Notes under the pieces: model-generated | Told to the model about the DNA's origin: nothing | Database searches by the model: none | The model's input: only the letters and a program-made list of their open reading frames with translations | Program-made: the position numbers and the translations under genes | Origin: Prevotella sp. | GTDB lineage: Bacteria; Bacteroidota; Bacteroidia; Bacteroidales; Bacteroidaceae | NCBI GenBank assembly: GCA_017847725.1 | Contig: JAGAXW010000025.1 | Coordinates: forward strand, 4,067 to 68,066 | Direction: 5' to 3' | Length of the DNA: 64,000 nucleotides | Shown here: in pieces, positions 36,173-47,011 of the stretch | How the letters are laid out: each line of letters starts with the position of its first letter | How positions within the stretch are numbered: the stretch's first letter is position 1

Positions 36173-38101
36173 TTATTTCCACGCATCAATGATGCCCTTG
36201 AAGTCTGCGCACTTGAGAGAGGCTCCGCCGATGAGTCCGCCGTCGATGTCGGGCTTGGCAAACAGTTCGGGGGCGTTGCTGGCCTTGCAGCTGCCACCGT
36301 AGAGGATGCTGGTGTCGTCGGCTACGGCCTGGCCGTATTTCGCTGCGATGATGGAGCGGATGTAGGCGTGGATCTCCTCAGCCTGCTCGGCCGTGGCGGT
36401 CTTGCCGGTGCCGATGGCCCAGATGGGCTCGTAGGCGATGACGATGTTGCGGAAGTCGGCTTCGCTGAGGTTGAACACGCTGCCTTCCAGTTCGGCCTTG
36501 ACGACCTCGTTCTGCTGGTTGGCCTCACGCTCGGCCAAGGTCTCGCCGATGCAGAAAATCACCTTCAGGCCGTTCTTCAGGGCCAGCAGCACTTTCTCCT
36601 TGAGGATTTCGGGAGTCTCCTTGTAGTATTCGCGGCGCTCGGAGTGGCCAAGGATGACATACTGGGCACCCGTGGACTTGACCATCTCGGCGCTGACTTC
36701 GCCGGTGAAGGCGCCCTTCTCCTTGTCGGCACAGTTCTCGGCACCGAGTCCGATGACCTCCTGGTCGATGACTTGGGCGACGGATGCGAGGTGGATGAAC
36801 GGTGTGCAGATGACTACGCCACAGTTGGGCTTCTCGGCTTTCAGTGCCTCGTTGAGTTCTTTGGCCAGTGCCACACCTTCTTGCAGGTTCAGGTTCATCT
36901 TCCAGTTGCCTGCTACAATCTTCTTTCTCATTGTTGTTTTCTTTTTTAAATATTTGAATAACTTGTTCGTCTTTCTCTTCTTTACCCATCGGGTCCATGC
37001 CCAGAAGCGGTCGGCTATCGAGAGTACCAGCAGCGGGAGGACGTACCAGAGGAAGATGGTGAGTATCTTCTGCGGCACAGAGTCCTCGGGCAGTTTCCCG
37101 ATGTCGAGATGCTCCAGCCGGCCGTGCAGGTCGTGCTCCGTGGGCAGCATGTTGTGGCTCCACTTGCGGATGATGACCCCGTTGTGGAGCAGCACCAGTC
37201 CGGGGTTGCTCCGGATGATGGTCTTCAGCGTGGTGCCGTCGGTCAGGCAGAAGGGGTATTCGGCCCCTGTGGCGTCCTGCCACTGCTCGATGCCCTTGGT
37301 GCCGCTCGACGTCAGGCAGTAGAACGGGATGTCCTCGTCTTCGGCATAGGCGGAAATCTCGTTGATGAGGTCGAGGTTGCTGTCGTCGGCCTGCTCCAGA
37401 TAGGGGGCGACGAGCAGGAATACATAGCCGGGGGCGCTGAGTGTCTGCTCGGTGATGTCCTCGCCATTGTCCATGCGCTCGATGAAGAAGTCGGCGTAGG
37501 GCGACTCGTGGCCCTCCATCATCTGCTGCCAGCCCTTGCGCAGGTCGGTGCCGACGTGGTAGGGGCGGAAGTCGAAATAGGGCAGGCTGTAGAGCGACCA
37601 GCCGGACACGACGAGTATGAATATCGCTGAGTAGTTGATGACAATCCACTGATTGGACCGGGAGATGAATCTCAGCATTTCCAAAGGCCATTTCCACACG
37701 AAGGCGGCCAGCGCCAGGAGGACGACGTTCTTGCCAAAGGTCTGCCAGTTGGTCAAGGTGACGGCATCGCCGAAACAACCGCAGTCGCTGACGGGATTGG
37801 TAAGGGCCAGCCAGAGTGTCAGGGGCGTCATGATGCTCATCACGAGCAGGGTGAGCCCGGAAACGACACGCCGCTGGATGGCAAACAGGAGGCAGATGCC
37901 CAAGCCGAACTCGAAGGCGGAAAGGAGTATCGACACTCCCAGCGCCATGAAGTCGGGCACAAATGCTCCTAAGTGTAGTGCCTCCAGGTAGTCGGCAATC
38001 TTGTATTGTGTGCCCATCGGGTCGACGGCCTTGACGAATCCTGAGAAAACCAGGGTGGCAGCCAGTACCAGTCGGGCAATATTTACGGCAATTCTCTTCA
38101 C
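36173..38101 (-). CDS. tpiA: In-frame fusion of a DoxX/MauE-like (BT_3928-type) membrane protein and triosephosphate isomerase (TPI domain 36173-36931)
   Basis: N-terminal part has SGFVKAVDP and SDCGCFGD; C-terminal part has [30 protein letters not shown] and YGGS. No stop codon separates them. Confidence 0.9.
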   Translation of the reverse strand: MKRIAVNIARLVLAATLVFSGFVKAVDPMGTQYKIADYLEALHLGAFVPDFMALGVSILLSAFEFGLGICLLFAIQRRVVSGLTLLVMSIMTPLTLWLALTNPVSDCGCFGDAVTLTNWQTFGKNVVLLALAAFVWKWPLEMLRFISRSNQWIVINYSAIFILVVSGWSLYSLPYFDFRPYHVGTDLRKGWQQMMEGHESPYADFFIERMDNGEDITEQTLSAPGYVFLLVAPYLEQADDSNLDLINEISAYAEDEDIPFYCLTSSGTKGIEQWQDATGAEYPFCLTDGTTLKTIIRSNPGLVLLHNGVIIRKWSHNMLPTEHDLHGRLEHLDIGKLPEDSVPQKILTIFLWYVLPLLVLSIADRFWAWTRWVKKRKTNKLFKYLKKKTTMRKKIVAGNWKMNLNLQEGVALAKELNEALKAEKPNCGVVICTPFIHLASVAQVIDQEVIGLGAENCADKEKGAFTGEVSAEMVKSTGAQYVILGHSERREYYKETPEILKEKVLLALKNGLKVIFCIGETLAEREANQQNEVVKAELEGSVFNLSEADFRNIVIAYEPIWAIGTGKTATAEQAEEIHAYIRSIIAAKYGQAVADDTSILYGGSCKASNAPELFAKPDIDGGLIGGASLKCADFKGIIDAWK

Positions 38102-38655
38102 TCGCTCAACTTGATGACGCCGAAGACGGCGTAGTTGATGATGTCCATATAGTTGGCGTCGATGCCCTCGCTGACGGCCAGCCGGTCGCCTTTCAGCGCT
38201 AACTCCTCAATTTCCTTGATGCGCTCAATCTTGGTGAGGATGAAGTCGGTGTAGGAGCTGACGCGCATGCCTCTCCACGCCTCGTCGTAGTCGTGGTTCT
38301 TGCGCTTCATCAGTTCCAGGGCCTCCCGGGCATATTGGTCGTACAGCTTCATGGCCTGCACGTTGTCCATGTCTACCGTGTCGCTGAAGCCGACGGATAG
38401 CTGGATGAGGCCGACGATGCCGTAGTTGATGAGGGCTACGAATTCAGGGCGTATGCCCTCTCCGACGAGCGACTCTTTCTTGATTTCCAAGGAGCGGATG
38501 CGCTTGGCCTTGATGAAGAGCTGGTCGGTCAGCGACTGCGGACGGAGGATGCGCCACGCCGCTCCGTAGTCGTGAAGTTTCTTCTCGAACAGGCTCCGAC
38601 ATTCCTGTATGACGTGCTCGAACTGAGCGTTTGTTCTTTCTTCGTTGTTAGCCAT
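38098..38655 (-). CDS. DUF1599-like protein
   Basis: Two KxxDY..AWR..R repeats. Confidence 0.8.
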   Translation of the reverse strand: MANNEERTNAQFEHVIQECRSLFEKKLHDYGAAWRILRPQSLTDQLFIKAKRIRSLEIKKESLVGEGIRPEFVALINYGIVGLIQLSVGFSDTVDMDNVQAMKLYDQYAREALELMKRKNHDYDEAWRGMRVSSYTDFILTKIERIKEIEELALKGDRLAVSEGIDANYMDIINYAVFGVIKLSE

Positions 38656-38737
38656 AATCGAGTGCAAAGTTAGTGCAAAACGAATGAATAACCAAATTTA
38701 TTTGGGTTTTTCTGATTATTTACGTACCTTTGCAGCC

Positions 38738-40195
38738 ATGAAACTGTACTCGGATAAGGCATTGGCAAAGATACTCGACCGCCCGCTCTTCCACCTGATT
38801 TCGGCGGTGGCCGACGAGATGGGAGTGGAGTGCTACGTGGTGGGCGGCTTCGTGCGTGACATCTTCTTGGAGCGCCCCAGCAACGACATTGACGTCGTGG
38901 TGGTGGGCAGCGGTATCGAGGTGGCCGCGGCGCTCAAGGGCAGGCTCGGGAAGAAGGCCCACCTCTCCGTCTTCCGGAATTTCGGGACGGCCCAAGTGAA
39001 GATGGGGCATACGGAAATCGAGTTTGTCGGTGCACGTAAGGAGAGCTACAGCCACGACTCGAGGAAGCCTGTCGTGGAAAACGGGACGTTGGAAGACGAC
39101 CAGAACCGCCGCGACTTTACCATCAACGCCATGGCTATCTGCCTGAACAAGGAGCGCTTCGGCGAACTGGTGGACCCCTTCGACGGGATTGCCGACCTCG
39201 AAGACGGCATCATCGCCACTCCGCTCGACCCGGAGGTGACTTTCTCTGACGACCCGCTGCGCATGATGCGCTGCATACGGTTTGCCACCCAGCTGAATTT
39301 CCAGATAGAACCGGACACCTTCGAGGCCTTGCAGCGTATGGCCGACCGCATCCGCATTGTGAGCGGCGAGCGGATAGAGGTGGAGCTGAACAAAATCATG
39401 ATGGCGCCTCACCCCAGCATCGGACTGGAATACCTGCAGCGCAGCGGACTGATGCAGATTATCCTGCCGGAACTGGCCGCGCTCGACATCGTAGAGAAAC
39501 GGGACGGCCGCGCTCACAAGAATAATTTCTACCATACCCTGGAGGTGCTGGAGAATATAGCCGCCAACCGCCAACCGCCAACCGCCAACAGCCATCTGTG
39601 GCTCCGCTGGGCCGCCCTGCTCCACGACGTGGGGAAAACCAAGTCGAAGCGGTGGGAGCCGGGGGCAGGGTGGACCTTCCACAATCATAATACCATCGGC
39701 GCCAAGATGGTGCCGGCCATCTTCAGACGCCTGAAACTGCCCATGGGCGCCGAGATGAAGTATGTGCAGAAACTCGTCGACCTGCACATGCGCCCCCAGG
39801 TCATTGCCGACAACGAGGTGACCGACTCTGCCGTGCGCCGCCTGCTGAGCGACGCCGGCGACGACATCGACGACCTGATGACACTCTGTGAGGCGGACAT
39901 CACTTCGAAAAACGAGGTGCGCAAGAAGATGTTCCTCGAGAACTTCAGAATGGTGAGGGAAAAGCTGGCCGACCTGCAGGAGAAGGACTATAAGCGACTG
40001 CTGCAGCCCGTCATCGACGGCAACGAAATCATGGAACTCTTCCACCTGCAGCCCTCTCGTGAGGTGGGTGTCCTGAAGCAGTATCTGAAGGATGCCGTGC
40101 TCGACAATCGCGTCCCCAACGAGCGCGAGGCACTCATGGGTCTCTTGGAACAGAAGGCTGCACAAATGGGCTTAAAGAGCACAAAAGTTTGTTAA
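38738..40195 (+). CDS. CCA tRNA nucleotidyltransferase with HD domain
   Basis: VGGFVRD, DIDVV, RRDFTINA, DDPLRMMR and LLHDVGK. Confidence 0.92.
   Translation: MKLYSDKALAKILDRPLFHLISAVADEMGVECYVVGGFVRDIFLERPSNDIDVVVVGSGIEVAAALKGRLGKKAHLSVFRNFGTAQVKMGHTEIEFVGARKESYSHDSRKPVVENGTLEDDQNRRDFTINAMAICLNKERFGELVDPFDGIADLEDGIIATPLDPEVTFSDDPLRMMRCIRFATQLNFQIEPDTFEALQRMADRIRIVSGERIEVELNKIMMAPHPSIGLEYLQRSGLMQIILPELAALDIVEKRDGRAHKNNFYHTLEVLENIAANRQPPTANSHLWLRWAALLHDVGKTKSKRWEPGAGWTFHNHNTIGAKMVPAIFRRLKLPMGAEMKYVQKLVDLHMRPQVIADNEVTDSAVRRLLSDAGDDIDDLMTLCEADITSKNEVRKKMFLENFRMVREKLADLQEKDYKRLLQPVIDGNEIMELFHLQPSREVGVLKQYLKDAVLDNRVPNEREALMGLLEQKAAQMGLKSTKVC
39561..39595 (+). repeat. (CCGCCAA)4 heptamer tract inside the CCA gene
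   Basis: Four perfect copies plus CAGCCAT, encoding AANRQPPTANSH. Confidence 0.85.
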
Positions 40196-40312
40196 ATGTT
40201 GGGCGCCATTAGCACGTGTGTTCCTTATTTTTTGTAATTTTGCAGGCTGAAAACCGAAGCCGATAATTTGAGTTTTCACTAAACAGATTATTCGAATAAC
40301 AAAATAGAAAGT

Positions 40313-41473
40313 ATGGAAATGAAGAAAATTATGACGCTTGCAGTGGTTGCTGCAACGCTTGTTTCTTGTGGTGGCGGCGGAGGCCGTCCCAATTTCGGCG
40401 ACAATGAATATCCCGTTGTTACAGTGGGAACGTCCAGTGCCGATATGCAGACTACCTATCCTGCATCCATCAAGGGCGTGCAGGACGTGGAGATACGTCC
40501 GAAGGTTCAGGGCTTCCTGACGCAGATTAATGTAAAGGAGGGGCAGGTAGTTGCTGCCGGTCAGGTGCTGTTCGTGCTGGACAATGAGACCTATCAGGCT
40601 CAGGTGCGCCAGGCCCAGGCTTCTGTCAATGCCGTCAAGCAGCAGTTGAACACGGCCAAGTTGACTTATGAAAACGCCAAGCAGCTGCACGCCAACAAGG
40701 TGATTGGTGACTATGAGCTGCAGACATCGAAGAATAGCTATGAGGCCGTACAGGCCCAGCTGGCCCAGGCCCAGGCAGCACTGGCATCGGCCCAGGAAGC
40801 CCTGTCCTTCTGCTATGTGAAGAGTCCCGCAGCCGGCGTGGTAGGCACGCTGCCTTTTAAAAGAGGTGCACTGGTGAGCGGCTCTAATGTGCTGACGACC
40901 GTGTCGAACAATTCTTCGATGGAGGTGTACTTCTCTGTGACGGAGAAAGAGGCCATGGCGCTCTCACAGAAGGGACTGGAGTCGCTTCCGGCAGTCAAGC
41001 TGCAGCTGGCAGACGGCACCATCCATAACCATGACGGAAAGGTGACCAAGATGAGCGGCGTCATCGATGCCGCCACAGGCTCTGTCCAGCTGATTGCTGC
41101 ATTCGCTAACCCTGAGAAGACGCTGAAGAGTGGCGGCTCGGGTACTATCATCGTTCCGCGAACCAACAGCGCTGCCATTATCATTCCGCAGTCGTGTGTC
41201 TCGGAGGTGCAGAACAAGAAGTTCGTGTACACCGTTGGCAAAGATAATAAGGTGAAATACACGGAAATCAAGGTGGACGCCCAGAACGACGGCAACAACT
41301 ATATCGTAACGGACGGTCTGAAGACCGGCGACAAATATGTCACCAACGGCATTACCAAGCTGAGCGATGGAATGGAGATAGTACCTATCACCCCCGAGCG
41401 CTATCAGCAGAAGATAAACGAGCAGGCCAAGGCAATGACTGCCGGCGACATCGTTGGGGCGATGAAGAAGTAA
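40313..41473 (+). CDS. RND efflux periplasmic adaptor (lipoprotein)
   Basis: Lipobox LVSC, VEIRPKVQG and a coiled hairpin. Confidence 0.93.
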   Translation: MEMKKIMTLAVVAATLVSCGGGGGRPNFGDNEYPVVTVGTSSADMQTTYPASIKGVQDVEIRPKVQGFLTQINVKEGQVVAAGQVLFVLDNETYQAQVRQAQASVNAVKQQLNTAKLTYENAKQLHANKVIGDYELQTSKNSYEAVQAQLAQAQAALASAQEALSFCYVKSPAAGVVGTLPFKRGALVSGSNVLTTVSNNSSMEVYFSVTEKEAMALSQKGLESLPAVKLQLADGTIHNHDGKVTKMSGVIDAATGSVQLIAAFANPEKTLKSGGSGTIIVPRTNSAAIIIPQSCVSEVQNKKFVYTVGKDNKVKYTEIKVDAQNDGNNYIVTDGLKTGDKYVTNGITKLSDGMEIVPITPERYQQKINEQAKAMTAGDIVGAMKK

Positions 41474-41480
41474 TTGGGAT

Positions 41481-41543
41481 GTTGGCTGTTGGCAGTTAGC
41501 TGTTAGCATAAGCCAATAGCCAAAAGCTAAAAGCAAAAAGCAA
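41481..41543. repeat. Inverted heptamer-repeat element
   Basis: GTTGGCT GTTGGCA GTTAGCT GTTAGCA followed by AGCCAAT AGCCAAA AGCTAAA AGCAAAA. Confidence 0.7.
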
Positions 41544-41550
41544 GAAAGAT

Positions 41551-44500
41551 ATGACTTTTACAACCTTTATAAAGCGCCCGGTGCTTTCTACGGTGGTTTC
41601 TATCCTCATCGTACTGCTGGGCCTCATCGGACTGGTCTCACTGCCTATTGAGCAGTATCCTAACATCGCACCGCCTACGGTTGCCGTGTGGACAAGCTAC
41701 CCGGGTGCAGATGCCGAGACGGTGAAGAACTCCGTTGTGACGCCTCTGGAGGAGAGCATCAACGGTGTGGAGGGTATGGACTACATCACCTCTACGTCAT
41801 CTTCCGGCTCATGCCAGCTCTCTATCCTGTTCCGTCAGGGCATGAATCCTGATATGTGTGCCGTCAACGTGCAGAACCGTGTCTCTCAGGCCCAGGCCTT
41901 GCTGCCTGCCGAGGTGACACGCATCGGTGTGACGGTGACCAAGCGACAGACTTCGCAGGTGCTGATGTTCACGCTGACTTCAGACGGACGCTACGACGAC
42001 GAGTTCCTGACAAACTATAACAACATCAACATCATACCGGCCATCAAGCGTATCCAGGGCGTGGGTGATGTGCAGAGCCCTGGTCTGAAGACCTACTCCA
42101 TGCGTATCTGGCTGAAGCCCGACGTGATGAAGCAGCACAACCTGATGCCCAGCGACATCTCGAACGTGCTGGCAGAACAGAATATCGAGGCCGCTCCGGG
42201 TACCTTCGGAGAGCAGTCGGATGTCGCCTATGAGTATGCCATGCGCTATACCGGACGTCTGAAGACTCCCGAGGAGTTTGGCAACATCATCATCCAGAGC
42301 GATGCCAACGGACAGACGCTGAAACTGAAGGACGTGGCCCGCATCGAGCTGGGCGGTCAGCAGTATTCGGTGTCGATGAAGAACAACAACCTGCCTTCGG
42401 TGCTTGGTATGGTGCAGCAGATTGCAGGCTCCAATGCCAACGAGATTGCCAAGAACGTGAAGGCAGAGCTGGAGGAACAGGCCAAGCTGTTCCCGCCGGG
42501 CATGACGTATAAAATCAACTACGACGTGACGGAATTCCTCTATGCCTCTATCGAGGAGGTGGTGTTCACACTGGTGTTCACACTGATTCTGGTGTTCGTC
42601 GTAATCTATATCTTCCTGCAGGACTGGCGCTCGACGCTCATCCCGCTGATTGCCGTGCCGGTGTCGCTGGTGGGTACCTTCTTCTTCCTCAGCGTCTTTG
42701 GCTTCTCCATCAACCTGCTGACGCTGTCGGCCTTGCTGCTGGCCATCGCCATCGTGGTGGATGACGCCATCGTGGTGGTTGAGGCCGTGCATGCCAAGCT
42801 CGACCAGGGCTATAAGTCTACGCTTGTGGCCTCCATCGATGCCATGAATGAGATTTCGGGTGCTATCATCTCCATCACGCTGGTGATGGCCTCGGTGTTC
42901 ATCCCCGTGTCGTTCATCGGCGGTACCTCGGGTACGTTCTACCGTGAGTTCGGTGTGACGATGGCTGTCAGCATCTTTATCTCGGCGCTGAATGCCCTTA
43001 CGCTGTCGCCGGCGCTGTGTGCCATCTTCCTGAAACCTCACGATGCGGAAGGGCATGCGAAGAAGATGTCGATGATTGACCGTTTCCATGCCTCGTTCAA
43101 TACGGCGTTCAACGCTACGACGGATAAATATAAGAATATGGTGGAGAAACTGGTGCACAAGCCTGTCACCATCATCATAACGGTGCTTGTCGGTATCGCG
43201 GTGCTGATTGGTACGATGGCTACCACCAAGACGGGGCTGGTGCCCGACGAGGACACGGGAACCATCTTCTGTACCATCTCTATGCCGCCTGCTACCTCGG
43301 TGGAGCGCACCAAGCGTGTCATCAGTCAGGTGGACAGCATACTGGCTGCCGACCCGGCCATCCAGAGCCGTGAGCAGATTCAGGGCTACAACTTCATTGC
43401 CGGTTCCGGCTCCGACCAGGCCACTTTCATCATCAAGCTGAAACCGTTCTCCGAGCGTCAGAAGGGCTTCTTCTGGAAACTCAGCGGACTGTGGCAGGGC
43501 GACGGTATCTACCGTTTCTTCCTGAATCCTTATGAGTCCAATGGCGTGCTGGCCCAGATATACCTGAAGACAGCCCACATCAAGGATGCCCAGATTCTGG
43601 CCTTTGCTCCGCCTATGATTCCCGGATTCTCGGCCAACTCGGGTGTGTCTATTGTGATGCAGGACCGTACGGGCGGCTCGCTCGACAAGTTCTTCGGCAT
43701 CGTGAAGGACTATCTGGCAGAGCTCAACAAGCGTCCGGAGTTCCAGACGGCCCAGACTTCCTATAACCCCAACTATCCGCAGTATATGCTGTACGTCGAT
43801 GTGGCCAAGTGTAAGCAGTCGGGCATCTCGCCTTCTACTGTGCTCACCACGCTGCAGGGTTATTACGGCGGACTGTATGCGTCGAACTTCAACGCCTATG
43901 GTAAGCTCTACCGCGTGATGATTCAGGGTATGCCCGAAACGCGTATGACGCCGGAGTCGCTGAAGAGTATCTATGTGCGTACCTCCGGTGGCATGGCGCC
44001 CGTCCAGGAGTTCTGCCGCATGGAGCGCGTCTATGGTCCCTCGAACATCAACCGCTTCAACCTGTTCACCTCCATCAACATAACGGCTACCGTGGCTGAC
44101 GGCTATTCTACGGGTGAGGCTATCCAGGCCGCCCGCGAGGTGGCTGCCGACATGCTGCCGCAGGGCTACACCTATGAATATAGCGGTCTGACGCGTGAGG
44201 AGGCTAAGGCTTCGAACACGACTGCCGTCATCTTCGTGCTGTGTATCGTCTTTATCTACCTGATTCTGTCGGCACAGTACGAGTCGTACATTCTGCCGCT
44301 GGCCGTCATCCTCTCGGTTCCCTTCGGACTGGCTGGCTGCTTCCTGTTTACGATGCTGTTCGGCCATGCCAACGATATCTATATGCAGATATCACTGATC
44401 ATGCTGATAGGTCTGTTGGCCAAGAACGCCATCCTGATTGTGCAGTTCGCCTTGGAGCGCCGTCATACGGGTATGGCCATATCGTGGTCGGCCATCTTGG

Positions 44501-44808
44501 GTGCCGCAGCCCGTCTGCGTCCTATCCTGATGACCTCGCTGGCCATGGTTATCGGTCTGCTGCCCATGATGTTTGCCTCGGGCGTCGGAAAGAATGGTAA
44601 CCAGACGCTGGGTGCTGCTGCCGTTGGCGGTATGCTCATTGGTACAATCTGCCAGGTGCTTGTCGTGCCTGCCTTGTTCGTTATCTTCCAGTCACTGCAG
44701 GAGAAGTTGTCGCCCATGAAGTTTGAAGACGAGGAGGTCAACCCGGCTCTGTCGTCTGAGATAGAACAGTATGCCCATCGTCCTGTAGACTACAAATTAG
44801 AGAAGTAA
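41551..44808 (+). CDS. RND efflux permease (HAE1/AcrB family)
   Basis: LPIEQYPNIAPP, IVVDDAIVVVE, KNAILIV and RLRPILMT. Confidence 0.96.
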   Translation: MTFTTFIKRPVLSTVVSILIVLLGLIGLVSLPIEQYPNIAPPTVAVWTSYPGADAETVKNSVVTPLEESINGVEGMDYITSTSSSGSCQLSILFRQGMNPDMCAVNVQNRVSQAQALLPAEVTRIGVTVTKRQTSQVLMFTLTSDGRYDDEFLTNYNNINIIPAIKRIQGVGDVQSPGLKTYSMRIWLKPDVMKQHNLMPSDISNVLAEQNIEAAPGTFGEQSDVAYEYAMRYTGRLKTPEEFGNIIIQSDANGQTLKLKDVARIELGGQQYSVSMKNNNLPSVLGMVQQIAGSNANEIAKNVKAELEEQAKLFPPGMTYKINYDVTEFLYASIEEVVFTLVFTLILVFVVIYIFLQDWRSTLIPLIAVPVSLVGTFFFLSVFGFSINLLTLSALLLAIAIVVDDAIVVVEAVHAKLDQGYKSTLVASIDAMNEISGAIISITLVMASVFIPVSFIGGTSGTFYREFGVTMAVSIFISALNALTLSPALCAIFLKPHDAEGHAKKMSMIDRFHASFNTAFNATTDKYKNMVEKLVHKPVTIIITVLVGIAVLIGTMATTKTGLVPDEDTGTIFCTISMPPATSVERTKRVISQVDSILAADPAIQSREQIQGYNFIAGSGSDQATFIIKLKPFSERQKGFFWKLSGLWQGDGIYRFFLNPYESNGVLAQIYLKTAHIKDAQILAFAPPMIPGFSANSGVSIVMQDRTGGSLDKFFGIVKDYLAELNKRPEFQTAQTSYNPNYPQYMLYVDVAKCKQSGISPSTVLTTLQGYYGGLYASNFNAYGKLYRVMIQGMPETRMTPESLKSIYVRTSGGMAPVQEFCRMERVYGPSNINRFNLFTSINITATVADGYSTGEAIQAAREVAADMLPQGYTYEYSGLTREEAKASNTTAVIFVLCIVFIYLILSAQYESYILPLAVILSVPFGLAGCFLFTMLFGHANDIYMQISLIMLIGLLAKNAILIVQFALERRHTGMAISWSAILGAAARLRPILMTSLAMVIGLLPMMFASGVGKNGNQTLGAAAVGGMLIGTICQVLVVPALFVIFQSLQEKLSPMKFEDEEVNPALSSEIEQYAHRPVDYKLEK

Positions 44809-44814
44809 AAGATT

Positions 44815-46203
44815 ATGAAGAAAATCATTATATTCGCTGCCGCCACGCTGCTAATGGGCAGCTGCGGCGTATATAACAAATACGAACGTCCCCAGGTAGA
44901 CACAAAGGGACTGATTCGTGATGCTGTCAGCGATGTCGACACGTTGGCTGTGCAGGACACGGCGTCCTTTGGCAATATGCCATGGCGGGCCGTATTTACC
45001 GACCCGCAGCTGCAGTCGCTTATCGAGCAGGGATTGCAGAAGAATGCCAATCTGCAGAATGCGGTGCTGACGGTCCAGATGTATGAGGCTATGCTGAAGG
45101 CTGCAAAGCTGGCTTTCCTGCCCGCCATACAGATTGGTTCGACGAGCCCGATGGGAACCATCTCCACGATACATACCGACCCGTCGTCGACCACCAGGGC
45201 TTATAGCATTCCGGCATCGGCATCGTGGACTCTCGACCTCTTCGGCAACATCCTGTCGCAGAAGCGTTCTACGCAGATGAAGCTGCTCGGCTACAAGGAC
45301 TATCAGATGGCTGTGCGTGCACAGGTAATCAGTGGCATCGCCAACAGTTACTACACGCTCTTGATGCTCGACCAGCAGTTGCGTATTGTGGAGCAGATGA
45401 GCCAGATGGCCAAGGAAACGTGGGATATGATGAAACTGGAGTATCAGCTGGGCCGCATGCGCTCTACCAGCGTGCAGAGCGCCGAGGCTGCCTATCTGGC
45501 CACAAGGACGCAGGCTAATGAGTTCCATCGCCAGATCAGGGCTACGGAGAATGCGCTCTCGCTGCTGATAGGTCAGCAGGGTCAGCAGATTCCCCGTTCT
45601 ACGCTCGCCGCCCAGTCGCTTCCCACAGAGTTCTCTACGGGCGTAGGTGTCGCCTTGTTGCAAAACCGTCCTGATGTGCACAATGCCGAAATGAATCTGG
45701 CCGCCTGTTTCCACGACGTGCAGACGGCCCGCTCGAAGTTCTATCCCACCATTAGTGTGGGTGCGTCGGCAGCCTTTACAAACAGCAATGGCGCGATGAA
45801 TCCCGGCAAGTGGCTCACCACGCTCTTTGCCAATCTGACCCAGCCCATCTTCATGCGTGGTGCGCTGACCGCCAACCTGAAGGTCTCCAAGCTCCAGTAC
45901 GAGCAGGCCTTCAATACGTGGCAGAACGCCATCCTCTCTGCCGGCAACGAGGTGTCAAATGCCCTTGTCAACTACAATGTCTATGATGACAACTCGAAGT
46001 TGGAGGCCCAGCGTATAGCGGTGCTTACGAAAAATGTGGAAGACACGAGAGCGCTCTATAAGAGTAGCGGCTCGAGCTATCTGGAAGTGCTCACCGCACA
46101 GACCCAGCTGCTCAATGCCCAGCTCTCGCAAGTCACCGACGATTTCAGCAAGATGCAGGCCGTCGTGTCTCTGTATACAGCCCTTGGCGGCGGTGGTAAA
46201 TAA
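44815..46203 (+). CDS. TolC/OprM-family outer membrane efflux lipoprotein
   Basis: Lipobox MGSC, NRPDV and LYTALGGG. Confidence 0.93.
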   Translation: MKKIIIFAAATLLMGSCGVYNKYERPQVDTKGLIRDAVSDVDTLAVQDTASFGNMPWRAVFTDPQLQSLIEQGLQKNANLQNAVLTVQMYEAMLKAAKLAFLPAIQIGSTSPMGTISTIHTDPSSTTRAYSIPASASWTLDLFGNILSQKRSTQMKLLGYKDYQMAVRAQVISGIANSYYTLLMLDQQLRIVEQMSQMAKETWDMMKLEYQLGRMRSTSVQSAEAAYLATRTQANEFHRQIRATENALSLLIGQQGQQIPRSTLAAQSLPTEFSTGVGVALLQNRPDVHNAEMNLAACFHDVQTARSKFYPTISVGASAAFTNSNGAMNPGKWLTTLFANLTQPIFMRGALTANLKVSKLQYEQAFNTWQNAILSAGNEVSNALVNYNVYDDNSKLEAQRIAVLTKNVEDTRALYKSSGSSYLEVLTAQTQLLNAQLSQVTDDFSKMQAVVSLYTALGGGGK

Positions 46204-46221
46204 TCAGCAAAAAATATAATT

Positions 46222-47001
46222 ATGGCAAGCGAAATATCCCCTAAGGCCGAAATCGACCCCAGAGCGAAAATAGGCAACAATTGTAAGATATTCCCATTCG
46301 TATACATCGAAGGCGATGTGGTGATTGGCGACAACTGCATCCTGTTCCCCTTTGTCAGCATCTGCAACGGTACCCGTATGGGTAATAATAATAAGGTGCA
46401 TCAGGGAACCGTGATTGCCGCTCTGCCGCAGGACTTCGAGTTTCGTGGAGAAAAGACGGAGTGTATCATCGGTGACAACAATATCCTCAGGGAGAACGTG
46501 GTGGTCAACCGTGCCACCCATAGCGGAGGGCAGACCGTCATCGGCAACGACAATGTGCTGATGGAGGGCGCCCATATCTCCCATGACACCAAGGTCGGCA
46601 ACCGATGTGTCTTTGGCTATGGCACGAAGATAGCCGGCGACTGTCTGATAGAGGATGGCGTCATCTTCTCGTCAAGTGTCGTGGAGAATGCCAAGACCCG
46701 CGTCGGCCAGGGCTCTATGATACAGGCTGGAACCACCTTCTCGCACGATGTGCCTCCTTATATCATCTGCACCAACGACGTCGAGTATGGCGGCGTTAAC
46801 GTGCAGGTGGCCCAGATGCATGGTGTCGACGAGAAGACCCTGAAGCACATCGCCAATGCATATCGACTGGTGTTCCATGGCAAGACCAGCACCTTCGATG
46901 CTGTCAATCAGATAGAACAGCAGGTGCCCGACGGTCCGTTTATCCGCCATATCATCGAGTTCGTAAAGGCCTCGAAGAGGGGCATTATCACCAAGGTGTG
47001 A
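46222..47001 (+). CDS. LpxA-like hexapeptide-repeat acyltransferase (paralog)
   Basis: Left-handed beta-helix repeats; PQD, RE.V.VNRAT, AHISHD and DVPPY. Confidence 0.8.
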   Translation: MASEISPKAEIDPRAKIGNNCKIFPFVYIEGDVVIGDNCILFPFVSICNGTRMGNNNKVHQGTVIAALPQDFEFRGEKTECIIGDNNILRENVVVNRATHSGGQTVIGNDNVLMEGAHISHDTKVGNRCVFGYGTKIAGDCLIEDGVIFSSSVVENAKTRVGQGSMIQAGTTFSHDVPPYIICTNDVEYGGVNVQVAQMHGVDEKTLKHIANAYRLVFHGKTSTFDAVNQIEQQVPDGPFIRHIIEFVKASKRGIITKV

Positions 47002-47011
47002 TGGCGAAGGA

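Noticed and set aside
41980-44367. Long antisense ORFs (795 aa here; also 12908-14323, 38720-40165, 52099-53637, 54025-55962)
   Set aside because: Shadow frames caused by GC3-rich codon bias opposite well-supported genes.
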